A stretch of DNA of 64,000 bases from Asterias rubens. Lineage: Eukaryota. The stretch's first letter is position 1, and each line of letters begins with the position of its first letter. The stretch is from positions 13,392,001 to 13,456,000 of the forward strand of contig NC_047070.1 of the NCBI RefSeq assembly GCF_902459465.1. Reading direction: 5' to 3'. The notes under the pieces are model-generated. The model saw only the letters and a program-made list of their open reading frames with translations, did no database searches and was not told the DNA's origin. The position numbers and the translations under genes were made by a program. This document shows positions 37,261-50,800 of this stretch, piece after piece.

Positions 37261-38631
37261 TTATTATTATTATTTCTTTATTTTTAAAACAACTGATATT
37301 CAGAAAGTCGATATGTAACCATTAAAGTTTGATGGATCGACTAAAGCATTAAAAATTAAATTATCTTAACATTTTGTTACTATGACCGAAATTTTACAAA
37401 AGCAACATTCAAAATTGCCATGATTTTACAAAATTTAAGAAATAGTGGCTTATGTGTGTGAACAACTTAGGAAATCCTGTCGCTTCGTGAAACTACTTCG
37501 GTAATGAAATTCGCGGCTGGCGTGGCGGCTCGAATTAGCGGCTGGACTTTTCGGCCGTAAATTGAGAATTCGCGGCTGGCATTTGCGGCTGGGAATTCGC
37601 GGCTGAGAATTCGCGGCTAGCTTCAGCTTGGTGTGATTTGGTCGGCTGCACGGACGGACGGACGACTGCCTTCGCATCATTTTAACTATAGAGGGCGTCC
37701 TTCATAAACACGCGAGGTGCACCCACAGGGTGCATGAACCACACCGTAAAATAAACTTCCAATGCTAAAATATTCAAAAATACTCAACAAATATTTAAAG
37801 TCTCTCGCTCGGCGTCTTGAAAACCAGACACAAAAACTTCAGATATTTTTTAAAATTGTTGTTGGTAGGTTAACCGTTTGGAATCTTTGGTAATTACCCT
37901 ACTGAAGAAAAAAAAACCGACAATGTAACTTTTTCCCAAACCAACTCGTTGCTAGTTCAGGAGTCCCATTCCAGAGCCAAATAATAGAACCAAGTTTAGG
38001 CCTACATTTATAAAATCTCCTCAAAAGTTGAAGCACAGAGCCCTCATGTAACGATACATTGTTGTAATTACACATTACACGATCTTATTGTTCAAAATAT
38101 TTAAAGGGAATACAAAATTATGATAATCAGCTTTGGCGCATGAATGTTTGCCTTTTTAGTGTGGTAGGCCACACCCCGAGAATGCGGGTGCGTCAAACAA
38201 TGCTAAACGCTAACAATACTTTAAAGTAAAACAATAAAAAATACTTACACCTCCCGATGAGTCTAGTGTCTCAGCAAGTCAGTCTTTACATCAATGCGTA
38301 CAACTATCTACTTGTTATTGATACCCCCATGCAAAACAAATTAAAAACATGTAGACGCAGAACTCCTGCCTGGTTGACATTACTCATTGGTAGTATAATC
38401 TAGCGACTTGATGGCAAGTCTAGCCTCGCGACCTTCGATCGAGTGTGCAATCAATACATTTCCACACTTCCTTCATGAAATAACGTTTGGTTTGGGGCCT
38501 CGATCATTCTTGCACGATTTACAGTTACGTATTTTGTTACAGCCTTGCTGTTAATTCGTTCGATAGGAAACTATTGGTTCATGGTTCAACACGATTCTCA
38601 AAGCCATGATTTACAAACTGACTGAAACAAT

Positions 38632-38783
38632 ATGGAACTCCCTAATCTCAGGACACTCTTTGTGTTGGTGATCGTCACGGGTGCATGCATTTTTGGGCTT
38701 CTGACCGTTCTACACTCAACATGGACTTCGGACGGATATATTCTCCCTCTTGAAAATGGACAACTAACACGTGGAAAATTGAG
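38632..38783 (+). CDS. ST8Sia-like exon 1 (type II signal anchor)
   Basis: MELPNLRTLFVLVIVTGACIFGLLTVLHS.., donor AG|gtatca. Confidence 0.75.
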
Positions 38784-41700
38784 GTATCACCCAATATTGG
38801 TTTAGCAGCGTACTGCATGTTATGCACATTTCCTTGTATTTTCTTCCGTTTCTTTTGAATCAAAATGGGTTATAATTATCTCTAAAACTGACAGGGGATA
38901 CACACCACCCAAACTTGCATTGTATTAATCAGTGCGTCATCAATAGGCCTATATGAAGTACGGAAAACAGTAGTTTCATCGAACAGTTTCATTTTTGTCC
39001 AATAGATTTCCTGTAACGCAAAAGAAAGGCCTACCCAAACTCGAAAACGCACGACCTGGCGATGAAACAAGCGCCGTGCTTGCTTTACATGCGTCAGCTT
39101 CACCGACAGACAACCATACTTCACCACCAAGCTATAATATTGACATGATTAAGAAAGGGGTATCTCGTGTCTGGGTATCCAATGAAACACGGAAATCTGG
39201 TGTCCGGTAAGTCTCTCTGGTTCTGAAATAAATTAAATAAATTTTCTTTTCGAAAATACTTTAACGAAAGCCCGACAACCAACTGGAGAAGCCTCTCTTG
39301 GCGGGAGACAGTTCAATGTTGACTGGGATGCAACGGAGGAGGGTTGGTATTGGAATGCTATCATACTTTTTAAAAGATTTGTTTTTATCAGAATAAAATG
39401 AATAATAATTGTAATGTCTTGACGAGCCCACAGGAGGAAGCTGAACAGCATTATGGACGCCAAGGAGCTCGCTGTGATGACGAAAAGGTTGTCCAAGATT
39501 GGACAGACAATTAGGTTTGCTATCACTAACAAATCACGTGCGATGACGGAAGATATATACACTTCACTACCCGAGGTATTAAATTCAATCTAACTGATAC
39601 TTCCCCCAACCCTAGTATACAAGTACATTATACTGCCCAAACCCAATGCGTGTGTGGGGGCGTTGCACGTCGGAGTCCTTGGTCATGTTTGTTTTTATGA
39701 TAGTTGAGACGATCTCAAAGATGTAGACTTGATTCAAGTCCCGTTCCCGTTCCCTAAGCATACCCACCGCCGTCAAAATAAAGCTATTGTGGTCCCGAGA
39801 ATGGAACAGGTTGGGGAATGCAGAACATCACAAAACAATAGTTTTTCTGAGATTGGCACGGGATTGGGACTTGAGTCAAGTCTATCAAAGATGCCGCCCA
39901 AAGAAAGATAAACTTAAAGTCACCTGGAAATATATTTTTTTTCCCCTTTCAAACATAAGAGTATATGCTTAAGAAGAATAAAACAATTTTTTTAGTAATT
40001 TTTTTGTCACGATTTATATGTTTAAAAATATATAAAGTTGTTTGGGGGGCTGACTCCGCCTACAGCTTTTGTGACGTCAATCGAGGCAGACTTTGCCCGC
40101 AATGCGTATAGTAAACACACGTGCAAAGTACATGTACGTCCAAGTCGTGAGATGGTACATTTTTTTTTTTGAAACGTACAAACTCACGACTTGCTCCGTT
40201 CGTACATGTACTTTGCAATTGTGTTTACTCTACGCATTACAGGCAAAGTCTGCCTCGATTGACGTCACGAACAGCGCCCTCTCGGGTCGGGGTCTACTCT
40301 TAAATTTGTAAATAACACAAGAACTGATTTTTTAAAGCCTTAGTTAACTGTTTATTCACATTCCACTCATCAAAACACATATATTAGTGACAAAAGCTTT
40401 ATTTAAAAAAAAATACCACTTCCAGGTGACTTTAAGAATTGAAAGACCGAACGAACAAACGAACGAACGAACAAACGAACGAACTAACTGTAAAAGGCAA
40501 CCTGGTTTCGCGTTGCACAGATCTTAAAAATCACAAAACATTGTTAAATTCAGTACAATAAAAATTTACACTCCACGATACCCTTATATGATAAGTAAGA
40601 TAGAATTGGGTCATTATAAAGACCCTATTGGTATAAGTGAGTCGGATGTTGATTGCTGATTAGCTTTTACCTTCAAATTTTGTATTTGATATGGTATTTT
40701 ATGTGCAATTTTTTATGACGTTTTTGTCCTTTTGTGCCTTTGTTATTTTTATTGTCTGGATCGCCTTCAGATAGTGATTATTTTCCGCTTTTTGGTTATC
40801 CGCAGGCTTGTTCTCTGTGTAGTCTTATTTTTATTGCCTATTCTTGGTATGTTCTGTTTGCCTGGAAATAAATAAGTGTTTAAAGACACTGGACACTTTT
40901 GGTAATAGTATTGTCAAAGACCAGTCTTCTCACTTGGTGTATTTCTACATAATATGCATAAAATAAAATAAAAACCTGTAAAAATTTGAGCTCAATTGGT
41001 CGTCGAAGTTGCGAGATAATAATGAAAGAAAAAACACCCTTGCCACACGAAGTTGTGTGCTTTTAGATGGTTGATTTCGAGACCTCAAATTCTGAATCCG
41101 AGGTCTCGAAATCAAATTCGTGGGAAAATGACGTCTTTCTCGTGAACTATGTAACTTCAGAGGAAGGTTTTTTGCTAATAATTACTTTGAGTAATTAATA
41201 CTCGTGTCCACTGCCTTTAAATTCTCGTCTTCCAAGTTTGAGTGTAGCCCTTCGGCATTACGACAAGATGGATCCGCACACCACACTAGTAATCAAATTC
41301 AACTTACTAACTTCCAATATGCTTACAATTAAACTGGGAACAGTCCCAAGTACACATTAGAACACTCTTACTCACTCGTAACATGTTTATAGTAAGCAAT
41401 AATATTGATGTGCTCTCCAAATTTGAAGAAACTTGTCGAAAACAATCGCTGTTCCAACTTGGAACAGCCACTAAAAATACGTAGTTTTTATAAGGTAAGG
41501 ATCTTTATTTTTTATAAGCAACCTTAATCGGGCTGGATTCGTTATAACGTAAAAAGTTACAAGTAGATATAGCGCTTTATCATACCATATGGGCGGATCA
41601 AAGCGCTAAGAATTGTGTTCCTGTATGATAATTTGGAGCTCGTTTTGAAAGTTAGATTGTATTATTTGGCAATGGTACACTCTATCGTCCACCCCCCCCC

Positions 41701-43588
41701 CCAAAAAAAAAAAAAGCATTTGCTACCTTGAGAAGTATGCGTATTGCTTTCTTTGATTCTTTTTAGCAATCGCCGTTCGCCAATGAAACACTGCAGAGAT
41801 GTATCGTGGTGGGAAATGGAGGAATTCTCACCAATAGCCGATGCGGTACAAACATTGATAGAGCTGACTTCGTCTTTAGGTAATCAGTTCTTATACTTTG
41901 CTTTGAAGGCAGCGGACACTTTTGGTAATTACCCAAAACAATTATTAGCTTAGCATTACACCTGACTTGGTACCGAGTCATGTGAGAGGTTGATAGTATA
42001 AAACATTGTGAGATACGGCTCACTCTGAAGTGACGTTGTTTTCGAGAAAGAAGTAATTTTCCACGAATTTGATTTCGAGACCTCAGAATTAGATTTTATC
42101 GTCTAGAAATCAAGCATTTGAAAGCACATGTACACAACTTCGTGTGACAAGCGTGTTTTTTTCTTTCATTATTACCTCGCAAATTCGACGACTAATTGAG
42201 CTCAAATTTTCACAGGTTTGTGCTTCTATGCATATGTTGAAATACACCAAGTGAGAAGACTGGTCTTTGAAAGTTACCAAGGGTGTCCAGTGTCTTTAAC
42301 TCTCGGTGATGTTGGTAAATAAAAACAAAGATTAGCAGCATATTATGGGAATTTTCTTTGAGTGGACCCATGAGCTCTGAATCATTATAACTGACTATTT
42401 CATTTCTTCGTTCGTTTTTTGTTTTAAACAGTTCAACGTGATGTGCGCCGTTATTATTTTTGGTTTAATTTGTTGAACTTCTGCTATATGTAGACTATAT
42501 CACCAAGTTCATTTCAATGCAATTATTGTCATTACCCCTTTATCTTTATGTCTACTTAATTTAGGTGCAACACGCCACCATTGAGGGGATACGCAGAGGA
42601 TGTTGGAACGAAGACTAACATTGCTTCAATTAACCCTTCAATAATTGCCTCAAAGTAAGGACAATGTTTACTGCAAATTTCCCAATTTACTGCAATTTGA
42701 ATCTCTGATGTAACAATAAATATATATTTTTTATTTTCACTCGTCAGATACAAGCGATTGCTGGATAAGGGACATAAGTCAACATTTCTCAATGATGTGA
42801 AGCGATTTGGCCGGCTTCTTGTCCCGCTATACGGCGTACCATCTGGGTACGCGTACATCGTTCCCGCCTTGAAACTTCTACAAACTAGCAACAACTCCAC
42901 CCCTAAAAAAATGGTGATCATCAACCCTAACCATTTCAGAGCTGTGGCTGGAATATGGGCCGAGATGGGTCTGAAAGATCGCATGACAACGGGTAGGTCT
43001 AGTAAAGTTGTATCGAATCAAGCTTCTTGGATAAACAGTGGGTTCGGGGTTAAATCACGCATGCGGTGGTCTGTGTTTCACTCGAACGCGATTAGTCGAT
43101 AAATTCGTAATAACATGGCAAACAATGACGGCGAAGATCGAAGACGAACAAAAATGTACCGGCTATACGAAACATTACTTGTTTAATAACAACATAGGAA
43201 ATAATAATTATTATCCAAGCAATTAACATAATTCTAATGGCATGGCAAGAAACTACTATCTATCGCAATTGTTTGTCTGTGAATAGATTAGAAAGGGTAA
43301 TAAAACGTTCTTCTTGATCACGTAACTACAATCATTCATTTCTTTTCTAACATTACAGGTTTTTATCTGACGTCATTGGCTTTATCTGTTTGTGGTTCCG
43401 TGGAGTTGTTTGGATTTTGGCCGTTCCCGCTCGATACCATCGGTAATCCAGTCCCATACCATTACTACGGGAAAGACAAAATTACAAAAGGCGTGCACGA
43501 TTTTAATTTAGAATTTGCTTTGTTGTATCAGTTGCACACAGATGGTGTGTTACGGATGCACGTAGGGTCATGCGTGTCGAACACATAG
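38632..43588 (+). CDS. Alpha-2,8-sialyltransferase-like (GT29/ST8Sia family), 7 coding exons, 390 aa
   Basis: Exons 38632-38783, 39006-39206, 39434-39575, 41767-41879, 42565-42654, 42748-42992, 43359-43588 (1173 nt, phase-consistent). N-terminal signal anchor. Sialylmotif L [33 protein letters not shown], motif S TTGFYLTSLALSVCGSVELFGFWPF, motif III YHYY, VS HDFNLE, C-terminal Cys HVGSC. Confidence 0.92.
39006..39206 (+). CDS. ST8Sia-like exon 2 (stem)
   Basis: AG/GT bounded, W.SNET..R motif. Confidence 0.78.
39434..39575 (+). CDS. ST8Sia-like exon 3
   Basis: RKLNSIMDAKE..MTEDIYTSLPE, donor GAG|gtatta. Confidence 0.78.
40071..40268. mobile_element. Palindromic MITE
   Basis: gtgacgtcaatcgaggcagactttgcc and mirror. 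Confidence 0.7.
40884..41216. mobile_element. Kolobok-like MITE copy
   Basis: TTAA flanks, family body. Confidence 0.75.
41767..41879 (+). CDS. ST8Sia-like exon 4 (sialylmotif L)
   Basis: [21 protein letters not shown]..DFVF. Confidence 0.92.
41907..42295. mobile_element. Kolobok-like MITE copy
   Basis: Family TIR and body. Confidence 0.75.
42565..42654 (+). CDS. ST8Sia-like exon 5
   Basis: CNTPPLRGYAEDVGTKT..NPSII. Confidence 0.92.
42748..42992 (+). CDS. ST8Sia-like exon 6
   Basis: ..INPNHFRAVAGIWAEMGLKDRMTT, donor G|gtaggt. Confidence 0.88.
43359..43588 (+). CDS. ST8Sia-like exon 7 (motifs S, III, VS)
   Basis: GFYLTSLALSVCGSVELFGFWPF..YHYY..HDFNLE..HVGSCVSNT*. Confidence 0.92.
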
Positions 43589-43737
43589 CTTAGGACATTT
43601 GTTTCTAATTAATGGTGCAATAATGATGAAGTTATCTTTGCTCTTCAGTACGTCCTGAGACCTCCTTTCATCTTCTTATATGTTGTTACCTTGCAACATT
43701 ATTTTATCAGAGCAAATACTAATACCGTTTTACTCAA

Positions 43738-44102
43738 TGGCACTGGACACTATTGGTAATTACTCAAAATAAACCTCATTCGGTATCAAGTAATAGGGAG
43801 AGGTCGATAGTAAAACACATTCTGAGAAACGGTTCCCTCTAAAATGCCATAGTTTTCGAGAAAGAAGTAATTTTCCATGTATTTGATTTAGATACCTCAG
43901 ATTTTAGAATTTGAGGTCTCGAAATCAAGCATCTGAAAGCACACAACTACGTGGGACAAGGGAGTTTTTTTCTTTCATTATCCTCGCAACTTCGACGACC
44001 AATTGAGCTCAAACTTTCACAGGTTTGTTATTTCATGCATATGCTAAGATACATCATGTGAGAAGACTAGTCTTTGACATTTACCAATAGTGTCCAGTGT
44101 CT
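43738..44102. mobile_element. Kolobok-like MITE copy
   Basis: Family TIR and body. Confidence 0.75.
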
Positions 44103-46963
44103 TTAAAATGTACAGAACAAATTATCCTATTTATGTGAGTTTACTTTATTTATCGCAAGTACTCTTTTTTGTACTGTTACAAAAGTGTTTACTAAATACA
44201 GGTATATTTTCCTTGTTATACAAACGCATTCTGAAATAATCTGTAATTAATTTGAAAATATAAAACCAGTCGACATCATTTTATGTATGTTAACTTTCTG
44301 ACTGACAAATGTTTATAGACAAGGAACGAGTTACGGACAGGTTCCTCAAACGATCAAATTGTCGCTATTTACCAAAAGAGGTATTTGTTTTGACCGCACC
44401 AGCACAATTAATTATCGGTTAAACACTTAACAAATAGTTTAACGCTTGGAAGGTATAGCAGATGAAGTACTAAAAAACAAATAGGGGGTATGTACCGAGT
44501 CGTTTCTTCGCAAACAAGAGCACCTAAAATCTTTGGACAACACATTTAAAAAAGTGTCTGAAATACTTCTCCAAGACATGAGAAATGAATTCAACGTTCG
44601 AATCTAAAAAAACAGATGTTACAACATAAAAACATCATCACCTTTGTTTCTATGATCAATAAATATGAAATGTATTTATTTAGGTGTAGGCCTACATCAA
44701 ATCACTTGCCATCAATAAACTCAAGCTAATTATATTATATCATCTAAATTGCACATATAAATAATGAAAACACATTTGTTTGAGATCGAATCAGGTGAAA
44801 AGTTAAAAAGAAGAATAAATAAATTATATAGGATTTGAGCATTGCATGGTGAGGTATCAATGTATATTTGGTTTGCGGTAGCACCATGTGTGTATCTACT
44901 TGCCAGGTAGGGTTGTAAATTGTAACTGAAAGCATTTTCAGCCTGGATTTATAACAACACTTGATAGATAAAATATGGCAATGTTTACATAAGATCCTCT
45001 AAAATTTGACACATTGTAAACACAAGTCAAAATTCAACCTAGTTGTACAATATAAAAAGTACGCCAACCAGTTATTATAAAAAATTAAATGACTAAGGTT
45101 ACAGTCATAACCGACAGCTGTGGGTTACAGAACCAACTTACATATTATGTTAAGAATGAAAACATAAGTTACAATAGTTAATTCTATCCCTTTGTATTAT
45201 GTTTTTTTTTTTTCTCATAAAACAGATGTATCTATAAAAAAAAAAAACATTCTAGGAAATTCATCGGTTTGCCTTTCTACACTTGAATGTTAATCCTACA
45301 GATTATTGCATTCCTTTTTTATAAAGCTCTTTTGGTATTGTGTGTTGCAGAGTTCTTGTAAAATGCTGTTTTTTGTTTAGTTTCAAGTGCGTACATGCGT
45401 TTTTGTTCCTTTTTGTGTGTGCTGGTGTGGTGTGTGTCTTGCCAAAGGTGTGTGGTTGCTGTTCAATTTAATTCCCCTTTTTGCTTGTGCATTTTTATAT
45501 TTTTATTTCTGTATATAAATTGCTGTTCTCTTAATGATGTCCTTTTAATCTTTTTAAAATGTTGTGTCATAGTTGCAATTCAGTTGTTATGCTGTGATGG
45601 CTATTGCCAATAAACCTTCTATCTATCTATCTATCATCTATCTGTTGAGGGGACGTTAGATTTCCTTTGGCAATTGGTAACCCTTCTCTGGAGTAAGGAG
45701 ATAAGTAAGATCACACTTAAGTGCTTATTTCTCCTTAGGAATGAACCAAGGGTGGCAGTGGGTTTTAAATTTGTTGAGAATTTGCTTTGTTGAGTGAGAA
45801 AAAGGCTGATGAAAAATCCATCTTCAGACTTCATTAGCATATTGTTAAGATGCAGATAGACTATATGCCTGACACCAGTACTCACGTTTGTTTGCATTCT
45901 GGCAAATCTATGTGATATATTCAGGTAATAATGGTCAATCAGGTTATAAAACAAAATAGTTAAAATCTTAATAAAAACTTTAAAACAACTGCGTAAATTC
46001 TTTTAAAATGAAATAAAATTCCTTCTTCTCAACCCTTTAAAATCTTTCAGATCATCCAGGTCAAATAAACGATTTGGACAAAAAAAAATACCTTTTTGTC
46101 TTCTGCGTTGATGCTTCATTAAATTAGGAATACATAAAAATTATAAGTTTTATAAGAAGATGTACATATATTTTAATGTTTGGAAATAAGAAGTACATAT
46201 ATATTAATGTTTGTGTTCACATTACAAACAGAAGGTAACAGTGACACAGAAACAACTTTTGCAATTTTTCCAAATTAAAGAAATGTCAGGACACAATTTA
46301 TCCATGATTTGTTTAATTTTAACTTCAACTTCAACGAGAGGAGATAATAAAAAGCAATCAGACAACACATTGTTTTATCAGCTGCTCGGAAAAAAACAAC
46401 AACCAAAAACAACAACATAATAGATGATGTCACTTGAGCTAGAATTGAACATTGTTTGAAAGATATTTTCACAGTAGAATGTAATGTTTCACACAGACAT
46501 CCCTAGAAAATGTGTGGTTTTCCTTTTACTTTGTCAAGTAACACCGTCCAAATTTTGTTTTACAACACAGCGGACCTTGTTAGTTCTCTATGTAAAAGGA
46601 AAACCACACAGTTTGGGGGTCTATTGTGTGGATCACTATATTCTACATTTAAAACAGCTTTCCCAACAAATTTCATAAAAGCTTTTTATAGTCCGAAGTG
46701 CCAATAAGAAGGCAATGTGTCCATTTAATTATGCCACACAATTTTGACAAATAGCCCAATGGCCCAAAGGTCAAATTATTAGAGGTAAAAAAACAGCTAA
46801 AAAGGCTGGAAGGAGAATGGATTATTTTTCTTTTGGAAAGTATGAAACGTAGCAGTGGGCACATTGAAAATCTTATTGAGATTTGCCCCAAAGACTTCCA
46901 TGTACATTACTGGTTGAGGGTCTGGGTCACCACTGGGGTACCCTTACACACTGAATTCAAGCT

Positions 46964-47811
46964 TCACTTGAAACACATACAGCAAGGGGACCTTCTCTCT
47001 TCCTTCCAGAACTCAGTGGGGATAGAACGAGTAAAATCTTTCGCCACACGGCTAGTCCTTCTTCTGCAGAGAAGAATTGCCAGGATGTATTCTGCTTTAT
47101 TGTGAGAACATTTGAGGTGGGGTCGATGCTTTTCAGATTTTCTTGGAGAACCATCTGGAGCTCTGCCTTCACTGGATCTCAAGAAATCTCCAGACATGCT
47201 ATAGAACAACTGGTCATCGATATCACAGAAGTAGTAGAAGTGGTTAGAGTCCGTAAAGAAGAGGTGTTTGGATTCAGACACCTTAGAAGCCCTGTCGAAA
47301 TGGGAGGACGAGGATTCCTTAGTACTAGAACTTGATGAGATAGATGTTGGCTGACCTCCTGGAGGAATAGATGTTTTTATCCCCTGATCATCGCTGGAAC
47401 TCATGTCTCCTTCAGATCCTTGTTGATTCTGTTCCTTCTGACTGATTAGGGAGGAAGGTTCCTGCTCGTTGGGTATTGATGGAGGACTATCCGAGTTATC
47501 CACAGCAGATACATGAACATCAACCTTCACAGTGACTGTCTTCCTGACAACGTAGTCCGATCGAGACGTTGAGCTATCGTCGCTTGTCTCAATCTCCTCA
47601 GAGTAGAAATCTGAAATTCTTCTTTTGGAGCGCCGCCTCTTTTGATGACTGAATGATGACTCCAGGTTATCTTCTGAGCTGTCATTATTCATGTCTTTGC
47701 ATCGGTGGATAGAGGTCTTGGGTAGACTATGGATTGTGACCGGTGGGAAAGGAGTACTGTCTGTTACACTGGCATCCGAGGAGAAGTCAACAAAATCATC
47801 GGATAGAACAT
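46964..47811 (-). CDS. MUN-DEP gene terminal coding exon
   Basis: Acceptor tttgttctcttag|AT, ORF ends ..RRSPCCMCFK*. Confidence 0.75.
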
Positions 47812-50800
47812 CTAAGAGAACAAAAATATTTTAAATGTACACTTTACTTGAAAACAAAGGGTGGAGTTACCAAAATCACTTCACACTTTGCTTGAAGGCA
47901 TGTTTACTAAGTAACTTTGAAGTTAAGTTATTTCATATACCGTACATATGGCTCTTCTCATCTGTTGGTGGAACACATGTCATGCTTCACCCTTTATTTG
48001 GCCATGTGTTTACTGCCTTGACGTGTAACACACCCAAATTGGAGGAATTTTGGCAGCAAAGCTTTGTAGTGTTGTTTCAAAACAAGCAATTCCTTCCAGC
48101 CAGTATGAAACAAGTCATTGTGAACAAGAGATGGCGTCTACAAGGAGATGTTTACATTACTTAGCTTTTCTTTAAAAATCCACAGAGTTGGGCAGGATGA
48201 GTTTCTGTGTCTTTTTTTGTGTTTATTGTGAACAAATTCAAATTACACATATCTATTTGTGTGTTACATAAAACAAATAATTGATTGCATTTCATTTGTG
48301 CATTATTCATAGAATATAATCTCTCCGTGGAATCTGGCTTTTCCATTTCATTGAGCTTCACCTCGCGACATGGAATATTCAAGACGTCATCTTATATAGT
48401 CTGCATTCTGCGTCAATGCATTCGTACACACTCAATATTTGTATAATATACCCTGTATAACATGTTTAAGTTTGATTATGTTGCAAAAGTTTAAAAGTGA
48501 ACAATGTTTTTGATTTACCCTTTGTTCCTCTGCTTCGTGATGATACATGCTGGATGAAGTTCATATCCAAGAGTTTCTGACCAATCATCTTAGCCTTCCT
48601 CTTGTACTTGCTTCTCTTGCTTGTTGGCCTCTCTGTTCAGACAAACCAGAATAAGTGTTGGATAACTTTGGCAAATCACTGCATAGTGATGTACCCCCAA
48701 GAAGTTACACCTCGGAGGACATTTAACAACAAACAGCAAATGGGGAAAGTCAAAAGTTCTAATAGGAAAAGCTTTTCTAAGCTTTTGATACAAATATAAT
48801 CATTACCTAGATGATGACTACAAAGGTATCAAACTTGATCTTATCAAATTAAAGAAAAGGTATTCATTTGGTAATCACTCTTAAAATAATTGCCACCAAA
48901 AATTAACTTGGTTAAAAGTACAGTAGCTTTCAATGGTATAAAGCATTTTGAGAATTATTTCACTTTCAAGCAATGTGGTTATGGAATATCTATCAGTTTT
49001 TATCCCCAAAATTTGAATCTGAAAAACATTACTGTCAAACGTTTCCCAGATTGTGTATTCCAATTGCGGTTTATTCTTCCTGCATGGAAACGGCTCTTTT
49101 TTAGGGGGGGGGGGGGATATATCAAAAAAGGCTACCACCTTTCGCAAGGAAATTTGACTAGGTTAAAGGGAAGGTATAAGTTTGGTAATTACTCAAAACA
49201 AATATTAGCTTAAAATTTACTTGGTTACGAACATTGGAGAGCTGTTGATAATATAAAACACTATAAGAAATGGCTCCCTCTGAAGTAGCAAATGTTGAGA
49301 TACACCAAGTGAGAGCACTGGTCTTTGACAATTACCAATAGCGTACCTTCCCTTTAAACTTATGGCATTTATACACATTTATATCATATTAAAACGGTTC
49401 CAAAAACCAAAGGTATACACTCCCTTTAAGCACTATTGTGACAATCGCAAGCTCTGTGTGTTAGAATACAACTTGATTCCCTAATATTTGGATAAAAACC
49501 TTGTGCATTGTAGTAATGGACTAGAAGCCACATGACCATATGATGTCCAGTGAAACACTTGCGCTTCTTATGGAGTGCTTGGTACATGGCTTGTAGTATT
49601 TCCCTTGGTAAAGGCTCTGTAGTTGGGTCTGCTTCTACCTCCTATAGGGTCATACAGTAGGGGTCAACAACAAGTAAGGAAAGAGCCATCAATGGACGGT
49701 CAAGCAGAGGTACCAAACGCCACAAATATTAATAAGATTTCTCAGCCAATTTCGGCAAATGAGCAGCCAAATTAACCACCAAGCTATTCTATTTCGCACA
49801 AAATCGAAATGCTACTGAAAAAGGGTCATTCAATTTTGTTTTATGATCAGTCAAATGTAATGTTGCGTCATTCGATTTAAAAAAATAATCATTCGATTCA
49901 ACAATTCATAAAAGCAGCATTCAAATTCGCAGACGCTTCTTGAGGTGTGTGTGTCACGAAAAAGAATGACAATGTGCTAAATTGAACAGAGTGCTTAAGG
50001 ATTTGACTCGACTCAAAACGAAATTGAATAGCCCAATTCTGAATTTGAAACGCAGTAACAACTGGAGAGGCAAAACAGCATTAATTTGAACGCATAAAAA
50101 ATGAAATTGGCTGCTTATTTGCCGTAATTGACCGTGAAAACCTATAGTAGTAATAATAATAATGACATTTGTAAAGAGACCGATGCAAAAACCTCTCGGC
50201 GCATAGAGATTTAAACATTGTAAAGAACTAGGCTGGCAAATATGCACAAGAAGACTGTTCAAAGGAAACAGCGCTGCGTAAGAAAATGATCTGTGACAAA
50301 ATAATAGTCCAAGAAAATATGTCACTTATTATCGTTGTGTGAATCTTTTGAGCAAATCTGTCCTATTCCATCTGGATTTGGTGACAAGCCTACACATTGA
50401 CCAAGAGTAGCCATCTTGGTTTTCCTCTAATCAAACCATTGACCTTTCTTTTTGCAACGTCACATCCCAAGTTTTTGCCAACCGAGATTGGAAAACTATA
50501 AAAAGCCATAAGTGCAAAATCAAGAAAAGATTGCTATTTTTTAACCAAACATGTTGATTTTGTTTAAAACAAAACAACTTTTCATGAGAGGTATTTCATT
50601 TAATTGAAAATTTGCAGAAAATGTTTAATTTTGTGGAAACATCTGTTTTTAAGATTGAGTGTTTTACTAACATTCGGCCGACCATGCCAACCAAGGCGGT
50701 TTGTTTATCAACAAAAGAAAGGTCTATTGACACAAACAGTGGCTGGAGGGTAAAATAGTCAGGAACCTTCTTGTAAAAACAACAACAGCATTCTAACAAA

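Larger units (their letters stand above)
31466..37632. mobile_element. Intact foldback (MuDR/FB-type) transposon, 6167 bp, non-autonomous
   Basis: Ends accaagctgaagctagcc / ggctagcttcagcttggt; exact 9-bp TSD GTGATTTGG at 31457-31465 and 37633-37641; inverted arms over 2 kb; ~1-kb core with no transposase-length ORF. Confidence 0.9.

Noticed and set aside
39729-39809. Extra sialyltransferase exon
   Set aside because: No acceptor gives an open in-phase frame; the model is complete without it
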